NCBI GenBank assembly: GCA_964035545.1
Contig: OZ037767.1
Span: 4,666,707 to 4,730,706, forward strand
DNA from: Bugula neritina
Lineage: Eukaryota; Animalia; Bryozoa
Reading direction: 5' to 3'
DNA: 64,000 bases
The position numbers were made by a program, and so were the translations under genes. Below are positions 11,901 to 26,900 of the stretch, piece after piece. The notes beneath the pieces were generated by a model, which ran no database searches, was not told the DNA's origin, and saw only the letters and a list, made by a program, of their open reading frames with translations. Within the stretch, counting starts at the first letter, position 1, and every line of letters begins with the position of its first letter.

Positions 11901-14900
11901 GTGCAGTTTGTGATGGAAACTATGCACAAATGTCACCCTTAAAGAAAATTCAGCTGTGCATAGGATAGTTAGAGATAAATACGTATGCATTATGTAGTAT
12001 GTATAGTATGTATAGTGTGTATATATGCTTATTAAGCTGTAAGCTTGGCAATGTTATATGCTGTTAACTGTTGCATTTCATTTATTTTCTCAAATTATCT
12101 AGAACTTCTAAGGCATAGAATAGAACATAGAATAGAACATCGTATGCTTGAATAATTATATACCAACACCAGATTAATCTACAGGCAGGTAAACTAAAAC
12201 GCCAATAACAAATTACAAAGACTACTGAGTTGGGAAGACAACTTTGAATACTCGATAAAACAGTTGACCTTCAGTTGTATAACCTTTAATACTTGAGTGG
12301 CAAGGTGAGCACTTTTAAAATGTTAAACTATTTTGGTGCTAAACAACCAGTTAAATGACTGACAAATTGATAGACTGGCTCACTAATTAACTAACTCACT
12401 CACTGACTGACTCACTCACTCACTAACTCACTCACTAAGACTAAACATGACCAAACCTGGTAGCTCTAGCTCTTTGCTACGCTTGTGTAAAACTTTAGTA
12501 GCCGGATCAGCTCTCATCAGCGATTGAAAAGTAAATACTCGTTTTGGAGCCTGAGCTCCAGAGGAAGAGGTAGGGGGATTCATAATAGCCTCCTCATCCT
12601 CAACTACTTCTGGTACATTACGGAGCATATCATCACAGGCTTCTAACACCACCTCGTCACTCGTCTTCACTGCAGTTCTAAATAATTCATTAAAGTTCAC
12701 TAAAAGGAGCTAGTATTAATGAGTAAAACTAAAAATCAAATCTTCAAACTAATGAAGAATTTAATTCACTAATTATATTTAATAAACAATACAAAATGCT
12801 GTACTAAGTTGGCATAGACTTAGACTCTTACCCGGTAGTCAAATGAGTCGAGAAGTTAGGTTGAACACTCAGTATTGTCTGCATGATAGACTTGGCCTGG
12901 TTTTCCATATAAGTCATCTCAGCATCTTTAGTCATCCCAAAGAGACTTGGCGAGTCCACAGACGGCAACTCATTATCCACATGCCTCTTAACGTCTGCAA
13001 AGGTGAAGGCTGCAGGAAGTCGGCTATACAACTACAACCAATCAAAACTGCTGTAACACACAAACAAGTTGGTGTAATGCCTCTATATTTCAACTTTATA
13101 TACTTTTTAAAAAAAATTAAATAAAACATAAATAAATTACATATTAAATTAAAAGTTGAAATTTCTTAGAATTGAAACGACCGGAAAAAAATAAATTGAA
13201 TTGAGAAAAAAGACAGCAAAAAAATAAAAGTGTCATAGCTTTCAAAAAAGATTGAATATACTAAGATTATAAATTAAAAATAGTAGAAATGAGCCAAGAT
13301 AACTTTAGATTGAGAAAAGCTTTATGTTCAGAGCTGTAAAATGTATCACCTTGTCATTAGCAACGAAAAATAAAATACTTGTGTAAAAAGCTTTCAAAGC
13401 GAGAGAATAGATCTACAATGAGGAGACGTAGAATTGACTCACCTTGTCATTAGAATACATGTAGTCATCCTGAAGAGCAGACGACGAGTAAAATCTGCTG
13501 AGTAAGGCGTGCAGACATCTTCTGTCCCAGTCGTCAGTGACTCGGCCACCATAAGTTATATCCCCTGTGAGATAGTGCAATGCCTTCCACGGGACTTCAT
13601 CACCCTTCCCGATCAACAGACTGAGCTGCAGCATTGCCACCTGCCAGCACACAGTGTACACAAGCAATGGTATATGTGACTACAGAGTAGGAGTTGTGCT
13701 CTACAGAATCTATTGCCCAGTAACATGCCCAACATTGAGAACAGGAAATGGATAACTAAGAACTAAAAAGAAAGTGTCAACAGTAATTGGCCACAGAAGA
13801 ACCAAATAAATAATGAGCACATTAAAAGTTAAAAAACAGTAGTTGTCAAGCGTAGAAATGCTAAGATATATTTAGCCTGCATTTATAATATTTTGTTTGA
13901 CAGTTGGGGGTTTAGGTTTGATTGTTTTATTTAACAAAAAACATACATCACATATGGTCTGCTGGTCGGAACACAATTTTACTCTCATTTTCAACAGATA
14001 TTGTAACAAAGTGACTCAACTAATCAAACTTCTCTAAATAAACAGAAATAACTGACTCACCTCCAGATCTGAATCATTGAACTCGTACGGAATATTCCAC
14101 CCGAGGGCGCCATACTTCTTCCGTTCATGTATGACTGAATTAAACAAACATAAACCATACAGCAGGTTCTTCATTGTTGTGTTCTCCGTGTGACTATTGT
14201 AAAACTTTTCGAAACTTCCTGCTTGGATAGATCTAAGCAAACTAGATTTAATACCCTGTGGGGCATCTACAGCTACCTGTATGGAAGAGAAATAAAAGTT
14301 CTAATATTAGTAAATATCTTGCATAGCTTACGTCAATTAGCTAGTAATTGCCTCGGCAACTAAAATGGTGATTGACAAAAGCAGTTCTAACATATAAAAT
14401 TTAACAGTAACTCTCACATAGTAGCTACAAGTATGCTATTAGAATATGAGCGTGAGCAGATAAAACCGTACCTTGATTCCGGTTTGTAGGATAGAAACAG
14501 GGAAATCATCCTCGGGTTTGCTACTCAAGAAGAGTCTAAACTGAGGGTCAACGTCTGACTGGGGCTTACTGAAGTTGGAGACGATAGTCTTGAGTCTCGG
14601 CATCCAGGAGGCAGCAAGATGACAGTTTTGTAGAAACACCCATCTACCTGCAAGTAGAAGATCAATGCCTGCTAGTGACACGGTGACAGCAGGCTACAGG
14701 TGCTCCACCCTCACCACACGACGAGCACAATGTTCACAGCTTACTGCATAGGGTCTATAAGTTGAAGTGTATTAGCTATAGAAACTTGTAAAAATCTAGA
14801 TTAAATTTTAACATGGCAATATATATTATAAGAGCAAAGCTTTGCTATTGCAACTGACTGTTTTACCTTTGAGTATTTGAGCTTTGTTGATAAACTCCTC

Positions 14901-17900
14901 AGCCTTAGGACCCTGGCCCCTTCCAAGCGATACCATATCAAGATGAAGGGTGCTTCCTCTGACATCTCTTGCAAACTTCAATATTTGCCCTGTTGGATCT
15001 GAGCCTAAGATGGAATGCCAAAGAAAATGTATTAGAAAAATTATTATACGAGTAATTCCTTGAGTGTAAGTAAAGCCATAATATTGAGATTATAAAATAT
15101 GATTATATTGTTTTATAATAATGTAACAGACTAACCTGTGGAAAGCAGAAATATAAGAGGAGTCTTGGCATTTACTTCATTGAACACTTCTCTGATCTCA
15201 TAATGAGGTGCCTGGAAAATACACACAGCAGTTAGAAAACACAACTCCAAAAACATACTCTTGTAATGCTAAATACTTTGTAATAACATCTAGTCCAGTG
15301 TCAAGTAAAGTGTGAAGAAAATTCATCGTTCACAAATTAATAGCTCTAAACTTCTGTTAATTAAATTTTAAATTTATAGAAGATAATAATACGGTTACGC
15401 AAGGATTGTTTCAGCATGTTTAATATCAGTTATATCACTTATATGTAACAAACAAAATTGTTTGTGTTGAAAGCTTGAATATGTCATTCAATTACAAGGT
15501 CTAATTCATGTCTAGGCGTACATAAAAACACTGACAAAATGACTAACAGCTGTTGAAAACATTGAAAATTCGAAAACAATTATTGTGATCTAAATAATTG
15601 ACATGTTTTCCTGAACTATTTCAGTAAGTTTAGTCATAATTTGTATTTAATGTAATTTACAGATGCAACTGTTTCATATCAGTGACATTTACTAACATAT
15701 ATTAGCTACACAGTGACACAAGATAAGCTGTCATATCTAACCTTTGCATATTTCTCTCCCAGCTGCTGCTCTATAAAAATTCTCATAGATGATGTAATGG
15801 CGTCAGGCCGTAGCACTTTGATCAGCATAATCCTATTGAACGGCTTTAAATTCTCCCATGTGAAGACAACTTCATCGCCATCCGCATCTAGACTGGGCTC
15901 TGCAGAGTGCATGTGTATAGACAGTGAGAGTAGACATCATTGTAGTGGTTACTCACACTGATATTTATCACTATTATTATGCTGATGTAATCATAACTTT
16001 TAAATGTTACATTATAGTGCTTGTACATTATAAAACAGTCTGAGGACAGTGTGTAATGATTAGTACTGCTGGTTAACATACACTAACTCCCCACTTGATT
16101 ACTATTAAAGTCCTGTGCCATGATGTAAAGAGCACACAACTACAGACTAGAAGCTAATAAGGATTTAAAAAATATTTGCAGATTGACAAAATACCAAGCA
16201 TCAGAATTTCTACAGAATATTATTTAGATTGTAAAAGAAGTATTTGCCCTATATATAATACTTCCACAATCAAATAACAAAAATTTTTTTACAATTTTTC
16301 AAAATGTCTAGTAACATTCTGATGCTCATATCAGATGGTATTTTAAAAAGGCTTTAAAAAACAAAAGTTCTAAATAAATTACACAAGTTGGCTAAACATA
16401 ATGCTGTGCATTAAATTGTTTATAGTGACTACAAACAAATTACTGCTTTAAACACATTAATAGCTGCATTCTACAAAAACTAATGAGGTTATCCTTTCAC
16501 CTTGTGTCTGAGTACATATTATATAGCAGAGGAAAGCAGCCGACATACCAACATGGTGGTCGGAGGCCACCCAGGGAGTTGACATCAGACTGTACACATC
16601 AGCTGAAGACTTGAAGACGTTCCACTGGGCATGGTTGTTTCGAAGGGATCGACTGATGCCAGAAAATACTGGCAGCACAGCCTCTAAATGCTGGCACAGT
16701 CTCCACATAGAATCTTTCACCCAAGCGGGGCGTTGCGGTGCTGCCCCTTGACGAGATGTCAGATCTAGTCTTTGCATAGCTGACAAGCCTAAAGTAGGAA
16801 AGAAGAAAGTTTAGAGAAATGAACTGTGGCCTACAATTGAGTGGTTCTCGAGACGTTGCTGACAAAACCAATTTATACTCCGTAATTTTTAAAGTAAAGT
16901 TAAGCATGAGAAAAAATTCTGGAAGTTTAAAAATAGCAAGGAGGTTAAAAACAAATTTTTAATACCTACCATCAACTTATTAGAGTAATTTACTAGCCAT
17001 CATACCGTTAGAGTAATACTTATCATAATACTGTTAGTGTAAGTAATACTTACCATCAAACTGTTAGAGTAACACTTACCATCATACTGCTGAAGCACTT
17101 CCTCATCCAACATGTTCGCCAGAACTGGACCCTGGAGGAAGGTGTGCCACTCCACTTCCGCAATGGCCGACACGCCACTCACGTCGTCTGGAAAGTTCTC
17201 TTTGGCCTTCATAATGTTAGCAGTTAGAAGGAAAGAGAAGACAAGTTGGTGTCTGGAGAAGAGGGCCATGGATACCACCCGATACACTTGCCAGGTCAAT
17301 CTAAATGGTACAGAAACTAAATAAATTAACTGTGAATAATACGCATTGCTTTAATGTCTGAGTAATTGTATTTATATTAATTTTTCTAAATCTAACTTTA
17401 GACAGAATTGCTAATAATTTTATCTAACTTATTAATTTAATTAGTAATACGCCTACTCTAACATGAAAAAACTGTAGAAAAGAAAACAACTCCTTATTGT
17501 ACACTAAATATCAGACAACAGCCTTTTATTTACCTACTTTTCATAAATATGTTGTAATACTTTTGAGAAATGTTTTTGTAACACCAGTCTTATAGTTAAG
17601 ACGACTTTGAGCATTAAATAAAATATAGCATGTCAACTTACTCTCTCATCATACTTACTCTTACTTTTTCATTTCTTGTACTTACCCATTGATCATCAGT
17701 GTCATGTAAGTGTGTAGTTGGGCTGGAGACATAGATTCACTTGTCATTCTCTGCTGCGTAGACTGCCTTCTCCGTCCCTGGCCAGGGGGGACGACTGATG
17801 ATCTGAAAATAAATGAACCACAAAAGATTATTATGAGTTAAAATTACAAAATTAAAATGATTTTAGAAGAAAAAGTATCTGGGAACTGCAAAGGAAAAAA

Positions 17901-20900
17901 TGATAATCTTTTAATGAAGATCTAGAGAGAAATACTAAATGAACATGTCAAGTCAATGATAAAGGCCTTGCACCAAGTACGTGGTAAGCTGAAGTCCTTC
18001 ACGTTTTAGGCTATGTTTTGTAGGATTAAGAAAAGAATTAAATGGATATGTGACTGTATATATTATATAATTTCTTATGAAAGTGTGTATACCTTTTACG
18101 GTCAATGCTGGCTTTCAGCTCACTGGTTTGAGGGGTTCCAGCAGCTCCTTCAAACATTGTACTACTAATGTCAGGACTCAGTCTTGCTCCTGGTCTTAGG
18201 ACACCTAACAAATACTTTCTAGAATTATTATTCACATTCACTTCGGTTTTGAAGATTCTACTTTTCAAAGAAGATTGCTCTTAATGTACAGAGTATGATA
18301 GCATGGTGCAAGTATCTAGAAATAGTTGTAAACACTTTTTCTTATGTAATCAAAAACTTTAGATTTACTAAATCTGCTTGACAAAAAATATGTATAGCTG
18401 AAAATAAATTTTATGCCATAGAAAATCAAGTTCTCAGCTGATTTATAATTTCAGGCTCTATGATGCATTTTATGAGAATTTTCATTTTCTTATATTGTAG
18501 TAAATATACTTCTACAGTTTACAAAACTTCATGTTGATAAAATCAGTTATAAGCTTAAATATTTCCATTAATGTGAAGTAATGCAGAAATATTGGAAGAG
18601 CTTTAATGTGCAGCAATTTACATAATATATGTTGTTTATTATGTAATTAAACATCTAAAATATTAAATCAATTACAGACGATCGGTGCAACACAACCCTG
18701 TCTATACACTCAGTAATTGTAACATCCTGTCTATACACTAGCCTCCAAAAGGCCTTGTCTATTAGAACTACTCACAAGGCTTTGAATCAATGAGAATACC
18801 AACCAGAGAGAGAAGGAGAAAACGTCTCATGCTCAGCCGAGGATTGCTCCAGCAGCTTTGTAGGGTCAATACAGGAAGTGAATGTGCTCATGAACCACGG
18901 CAGAGACCACTGGTACATGTAGTTGATGTTAGACAACTCCGCTAACACAAAGTAGAGCACAGCGCCTCTCGTAGCAACCTGCATATCAATACAGAGTTAC
19001 GAACTCTCTATTCACACACAGTGTAGTAACCAATCAAATTTAGAAGACAATTCTGCACTTCTATTACTTTCTATTGTTTTCAAAATTAGTAAAAGTTATT
19101 GGGTCTGTTATATTATTTACTGGTAGATATCTCTTTCTCATGTTGTTCATGTCTTTCTCATTTTGCTCCGACAACTCGATTCTGCCACCGATCTCTACAG
19201 ACATAGTCTTACTTTGCTGAAGAGTGGCAATGAGGTCTTCGTCATCTAATATGTGACCTAAATACAAAAATTAACTCGCACATCAAGTCAATATTTTGAG
19301 CATTAAAATAATGCAATGATGTATTTCAACCAATAAAATTAAAAGCCATATATAAATTGCATAGTAATTCATATGCCATTAGATGAGTAATAATAAACAC
19401 ATGTGTTTGATGCTACTAGATGATGTAAATAAAACAACCTTTTTATTTGCAAGTTTAAAATTCTATAAATAAAATCAAAATGGTTCACCTTCAGACTTTT
19501 GCAGCAGATCAAGGGTTTTGTCCTCCAAATTTTTCAGCATTCCTTTGTCATTAGCAATGCTCTCTAAAAGTCCAGACCTACAAGTAATATTAAAAAAAAC
19601 TGTCACAACTAAAAGCATAAGGTTTGCATCCACAGGAGCAATACATACTAATATATATATTATATATGTAATCTAAATCAAGTAAGTGAGATCAACAAAT
19701 CAACTACACAATCTACTCTGAATCTGACGTACCTTTTACTCTCCAGCTGCGGGTTTTCCTGTTTCACAACAGAAGAGAGCAGTTGCTCTTGAAGTCCGTC
19801 AAAATTGACGGTGAAGTTGATAAGAGTCACCTCAATGCATACGGCCGGCAGGTAGTGGGGGTTACTCATCGGTGTTATCAAAAACAGCCTACAACCATCA
19901 CGAGATCTTAGATTTTATATTAGCAAAGACTAGCATAAAAGATAAAGATTGATAAAACAGTTTCTACATATGAATGTAAAAGTTTTTTTATAATTTGTGT
20001 TTGATTGTAAGTAAGAAACAGATTGTATAGCTACTTGTAAAGGTTTTGTGAACAAGTTTTAAAATTTCTTTATAATAAAATTTGCTCCTTAATAAAATAA
20101 TATTAATAATACCATATAACAATATTAATAGAAAAAATTTCCATTATTTACAGTATAAAATATACAAAACCTGAAGTTCTGGTTGTATTCTATTTCTGTA
20201 TCTCCTAGTCTGATGATCTCATGGCCACCTCTGGTAAATGTGTCCTTCAATAGTATTGGCCTTAGCGAGGGATCCAACTCTTCAGTGACTTTAGTAAGGG
20301 CTATTGGCTGACCCACCCTTATAGCCCTTTCCATTGACCTCATGTAATTCGGGTCGTCTGCTTGTACGACTAGAAGGTTTGTGCCTTCTGTCTCACTGAT
20401 CCAACTGCATTGAGATGTCAAAAGAACTCAGTCATCACAAAAGAGACTTAACTTTAAATTAATATTACTATAAAAATAACAGTTAATATACCCAGAAACA
20501 TGAGATATTATTTTTATTTTAGTCTCATTTTTGTTATTTTATTTTGTCAGTTTTCTATAAATATATTTTTTATTATTTAAAAAAACTGCAAGTATAGAAA
20601 CTATATACTGAAGTGTTACATGTACTACTCACTGCAAAGCTTGACCTTGGGGATCAATAAGCAAAGGCCACTTGAAGCTGTTCTTTATAGTAATAGCATT
20701 CTCAACAGAGTGGGTGTCCTGGGGCAGCCCTTCTGTGTGCCAGTGTAACACTTGGTTCTGGGCTACCATATCCTTCAGGAAATCATACCCCTGTGAACAA
20801 ACAATATCACTCTTACCTTGCTTCTCTTGACAATTATTTTACTACTAGATCAGTTAATGTTTACTGTGTAATAACTCATCCTACACTAGCCAGTTCTACA

Positions 20901-23900
20901 GTCACAACTTTGTTATATGCAAAATCTATGCATATCAAACTGATGGTGTTGTGGCTATGCAATAACAAGACAACTTTTTCATGTGATGCGTCGTGATATA
21001 TTGCCATGTATATGCACTAAGTATGAAGCAGTAGTGGTTAGATGCTAGGCTAACAGATCTAATCCCAGTAACATCATCAATAATCAAAAATAAAATCAAA
21101 TCCTGTGTCAAATTGTGTTACTAGAAAAATTTCAAACAGAATACATAGTTTGTTTAAAGATGCTTGCTATCAAGATTCTCAAAGTGAACAACTAGCACCG
21201 CCTTACGTCTGAGAGGTTGAGAGACTTCAGCTGACATTGCTCTCTCCATTTAGCCACCATAGAGTTTCTGTACTTTGTCGTGAAGGCTCCGTAATACGAG
21301 ACGGCAGCGGCTGACAGCAGCGTGTCTCCCACTATACCAGAGACTTTGAGGTCCAACTCATCCACCAGGTCTGCCCACCGCACCTGCATCAGAGTATGTC
21401 ACATGACCAGAACTACACAAACTAGAATCTTTTTTAAGTATTGGAAACACTATTTTATCACTTCATAGGTTATGTGTTTCCATTAAAAAGTGTGGAAATA
21501 AAAACGGAAAATTAAGTTAATATAAATGCTTTTTTACTTCATAATGTGCATTATGTCTAAAATTTAAAGTGTGTTATTGTTGCTCAATGCTTTGTGAAAT
21601 AATGTAAGAAATATCTCATAAAAAATAAGTTATTTACCTTTTCATCGGCGAGAGCATTGGTAAGAACTGAGGCTCTTTCTAGCCTCAAAGCTGTAGTCTT
21701 TTTCCTTTCTTTGAGGGTCTCCCTTTGATTCACACTGTCTTGATATTGGTTTTGTATTAAAGCTAAATGGTCCATGATCTATTATGAACCAAAGGAATAT
21801 ATATATATTAAACACACATAACTTCCTACTAGCTATAAAACCAGCAATCTTCAACATGTAAGTTGTCATCACAAGAGGCAGAAACTCATCTCTGATATTA
21901 ATTTCATGTTTCAAGTGACAACTGAAAACATTAAAAATTCTGAAAAACTTATTAATCATAACCCTTCCTACAGCAACACTAAAAGATAAACGCACAGAAC
22001 TTTAAGTTGGTGTTTATACAACTAGCATTGATACTTTTAGCAGCAAATGAATGTCAAGTGACAGGACGTATTATCACAGACAGGAGACAGCAGGTGCTAG
22101 CACAGACAGGTGACAGCAGGTGCTAGCACAGACAGCAAATGCTAGCACAAGCAAATGACAGTAAATGCTAGTACTGACAGGAGCAACTTAGTCATATAAA
22201 TACAAGTATTATGTGTTTCATTACCTTCTTCAAGCTGGTTTGCTTCTTGTGCAGGTTAGCCTGTGCTAATCTTAAGGCTTCCTTCGCTTCGTCAACTCGC
22301 TTTTGTTTGGGTTTCACCATCTTGAATACATCATGATAATGCTCTAAGGCTAACACCCATTGACATATTGACTTGCAAGAGTTGGCCACCTGCTTCACTC
22401 TTTCTGGTACAAAGTCAGGATCACTGGTATACTCCTTCAGTCTCTTAAACACCTGCAGTGTTCATGCATTTCAGGTTTATGATTCATTCAACTTTTGCTT
22501 GAGAAGTTGCAATTAGCAATTGAACTAGTAATTGAACTAGCGATTGGCAATTGCTATTCAACATAAAATTTAAATTCATCTTTGCTAGTTTCTATGCAAA
22601 CTTGCAGACAATTGCAACTAACTAGCATACATGAAGTTTATAAAAATGTGATATTTATCGTATTTTTAGCACAAAAACTGAAGCATTATAGTTTTTATTT
22701 AAATTACAAGACTTTTAGCTTTTGTTGTCTCAATCTTGCATGACAAGCTGAACATACAAGTTTATGTACCTTTTCTGGAATATGGTCTTTGTCAATGTTA
22801 ATCAGGCGAGATAAAAACTGAGGATCGGCAAGCATTACTTTGGCAGAAGCCCAATCTGGTTTTGTCTCCCCCAGAAGTATCTGCACGGTTGTTATGATTT
22901 TCTTTACTAAATAGGGTGGGTTCAGGTACACCTTTATCTCCCCAATATCAGCTTGATTTAAGGAGTCTAAGGCTGTGATTGCCGTCTCTAGTGCTGGAAT
23001 CACTTCTGCTAAATCTCTCTCACACTCCTAAATATACGAGTAACATGTACTAACTTGTAATAGACAGCATAGCACAGATAAATTGCTAACTACTGAGTTT
23101 TTGGCAGCATAAAAACAGTTGCACTGCTTTTATAACAAACCATGTAAAACTTTTAGAAGGAACTTGATGATCATTTGGCTATTAGTGAGCACTTGGATAA
23201 TATCGTTCCAAAGTTAATCTTGGGAATGAATGCTACAGATTTTAGAAATCAGCCACCCGTAATGATTTTTCCAAATTTTTAATATGAAGAAGGGCTTATA
23301 TTTTTAGACATACCCGTGTTAAGTTATTTTATAGCTAGTTATGATTAATGCAAAACTTTGTAGCCAATATTTTGCAACACCAATGTTTGAGACATAGATG
23401 AATTATATACGGAAGGTGCCTACTTTGGCGTAGTTCTCTACAATGTCTGTTTCCTGTTTCATAATGGCTTCCTCTTTTTCTACAATCTGTTTAACTTGAT
23501 CAACAGCTTCTTGGTCTTTCACCAGCTGTTCCATCAGCAACTCTGTTTCCTGGAAACAAAAACTTTTGAGATGTCACATTTCTACAGTCTCGCATTAGAA
23601 GATGAAATTTCTTTTAATCTTCAGTTGAGAATAGAATTCAGTATTTAAATATTTAAACAGTACTATTATTGCTGTTGAAAATACAAACTAGCTTCCAATA
23701 TCATAAATCTATATCTCTCATGCCAAGTAGTAAGTATGAGTCACCTGTTTTGCTCATAAGTTTTTGTAAATAAGGGTTGAATATTCGAGACACTGTTTGC
23801 ACCAAACATGAGGTCATACAGAGACTTAATCATCATCATGAAGAGATAATAAACTTGTTGGTTAGTAAACTTTCAATAAAAATACCTTTGCTTTCTCTTC

Positions 23901-26900
23901 AATCTTTGGACCAATAGAAACGAGTTCGTCTTGCATTACACCAACCAATGAATTGGCTTCAGAAAGCTTGGCTAAACCATTTATAAGTCTTTGCCTGAAG
24001 ACAAAATCATTTATTTACTAGAATGTTCTACAATAATGTATAGAAAATTTATACCAAAAGTACTTGCGAGATCCAGCAGTAAACACAACATAAGCTCTAA
24101 GTGCAATATAAACTGCAAGTCCAACACCAACTGTAAGTATAATATAAATTGCAAGTCAAACAGAAACTGTAACAAGCTATAACTATATCATAAGCCATGA
24201 TAAAATTTAAAGTCACAGTTGTTTTCTTACCTATTCTTTTGAAAGTTGGCATTGTTTTTAGCAAGCATGTTGCTATAAACTTTAATAAACTCCAAATAAG
24301 AACTTGGGGTGGTATAGTAGCGTCTCCGTATCTCTTCCCAAAAGCGTTGAGCCTCAGCCTCCACTGACTTGTGGATCGACACACAGATCTGACTAACAGT
24401 GTCTTTCACCTCCTAGTAAAGCAATATATCAAAGATTTTTCTCAAAAATAATTCTGTTGAGAGAATTTCTATGAGATATTTCTGGACTGAGAAATTTCCC
24501 TAGGGCTCATCTGAAAAGCACCCTGGTTACTTTTTCCAGAGGCTTTGGTGTTACCAACTACTCTTATGAAAAAGCACAACCAAAGATCATCTGCATTTCA
24601 AGTTTAATTTTCAGAAGGAGCACAATAGAGAAAGGGGCAAAATTTTACTGTTGAGATGTGAAACCTCAATTGTTCAATTGAGATGCAGACTATAACTACT
24701 AACCATAACACTAAAAAGGCATAGACATAAATATTTAACGATAAACAACATGTTTTAAATCACTATTTATTAATAGATATTATAATTGCTTTAAATGAAA
24801 CTTTTCTATGCAGATTGACGACTTACATCTGGGCTGACGGTGGCTTCCAGAGAGAAGAGATTTCTGGGAAGGTAGATATTAGCAACAACCAACATGGCTT
24901 CTTCAGACCACTCATCATACCAGTCGATGGTGCAGCAGCTAATGAGAGATGGATTCATGCGGCAGCGCTGCCGGAAGGTGTGTCCAGCTGGTGACATGGT
25001 CAACACAATGTGAAGGTTTCTTTTCAGCCTCTGAAAAATGAGAGCCAGAATACATGTCTATTTCTTATGCTATGTGTAAAATTTGAAGTCAAATAAATTA
25101 TTTCATTCAACAATATTGGGATGCTAATGTAAACTATGTAGTATATATTGCAAGCTATGCAGTATATAAAATGAGCTATTTAGCATATACTGTGAATCAC
25201 ATAATATATAATGCAAGCTATGTAGTAAATGCTGTAAACTCTGTATGTAGTATATTGCATATTACATACAAATGTATAATACCTTGAATATATAATCTAA
25301 ACTACGTAGTATATATTGTGAGCACAAACTTAAAACTACCATTTATAAAAATCTTACAGGTAAATTTATGAGTTTTTTTATGACATTGTTTTTACTGAAT
25401 TTGCTGAACTTTTTTCAGAAATGGTTTTCAAATTAGTTGACACTTACATCAATGAAAAACTGAAACACGGCTATCCGATTGTCAGGCACGCCTTGATCTG
25501 AAGCCATCTGCTTGACTTCCATGATGATGCTGTCCATTTCCTCACTATCGAAAAGCCCCGGCACCTCTCCGGAGTTGAGTATGCAGTTTATATCCTCTAG
25601 GAACTCTTCCTAAAGTTTCATAAGAAAGCTGTAATTACTTTACTCACATATTTGTTTAACACTAAATTAATATTTATAATACACAGCTAAAGTACAATCT
25701 TACAATTTATTCAAAATATTTTGTCTTACTAGTTAATTCTTAGAAATGTGCCTTAATAAATTATTATTGTTAATATAAAATTAGGATGTCAATAAAAAGC
25801 AAATATATAAGCATATCCCAACTAATGATAATCAGGATTTTGTAAAAGTGATGATGAACAAATTAGAACAAATAATAATAATTTTCTACATGCAAATTTA
25901 AAAAAATTTAATACCAAAATAGCATTAATCAATAATTGTGGTTTAGTTCAAATAAGTACTTTACTACTATTACATTCATATTTTTATACCATTATATTTA
26001 TTATTTGTATATAACACAACACAGCTACTACACGGCTTGAAGTTGTAAACTAATAAAGAGTAGCAAGGTGTCTTTTCAGTTAAACAACAATATGTTCATA
26101 GCAATAATCATATCAACATTAGAATACTATGATTAACTAGAATATTTTGCAACAATCAAACCATTATAAAACCTAGGAGTTGTTCCCTCTGATTGAAAAG
26201 AATGGTGTATCTTAGCAACGCGGTGCGCTAATAAATAGACACACTGACGATGATTGGTTGGAAGAATTACAGCTATTCCATTCTCCTTATTTATATGTAC
26301 ATTGAGTAACTACATTTCTCGTTAGTTTAAGTTTTGTTTTAATTTTTATTTTGACAATTTAACTTTTAATTTACACTAAAACTGCATGCATGTCAAACAC
26401 ATAAAGTTTCAACACGTTTCACCTGATAATAACTATAATAGTAAAAGTGATGGAAGACTATAAGCATAAAATATCAATATGAGATTCAGTTTCGAGTCCG
26501 TGCTAACTTGAACTTCTAGTTCTACAGCTTGAGCTAGACTCAGACTGCTACTCCTACTCCTCATGGTCATGTTGATGTGGTTATTAGTTGTGATTGTGAC
26601 GGGATCGAATATCAATATAAGTAGCTTAGAATTACAAAAATTATTGTTCGAGTTTAACTGTAACTGAGAAAATGACTGTTAATGTCTGGGAATACGATGA
26701 TTTATAATTATTGATTGCTTATAGTTATAATTATACTGAATGTCAATATGAGTATGTGACTACCATAATGATAATAATAAGAATGATCAATATTGGTAAT
26801 TTAAATTTTATCTTAAATCACTAAGAGTAAGAGTAAGTGACTTAAACTATAAATTAACCAGTCGTAGTCTCACCATTAATGACTATTGACTACTTAAAAT

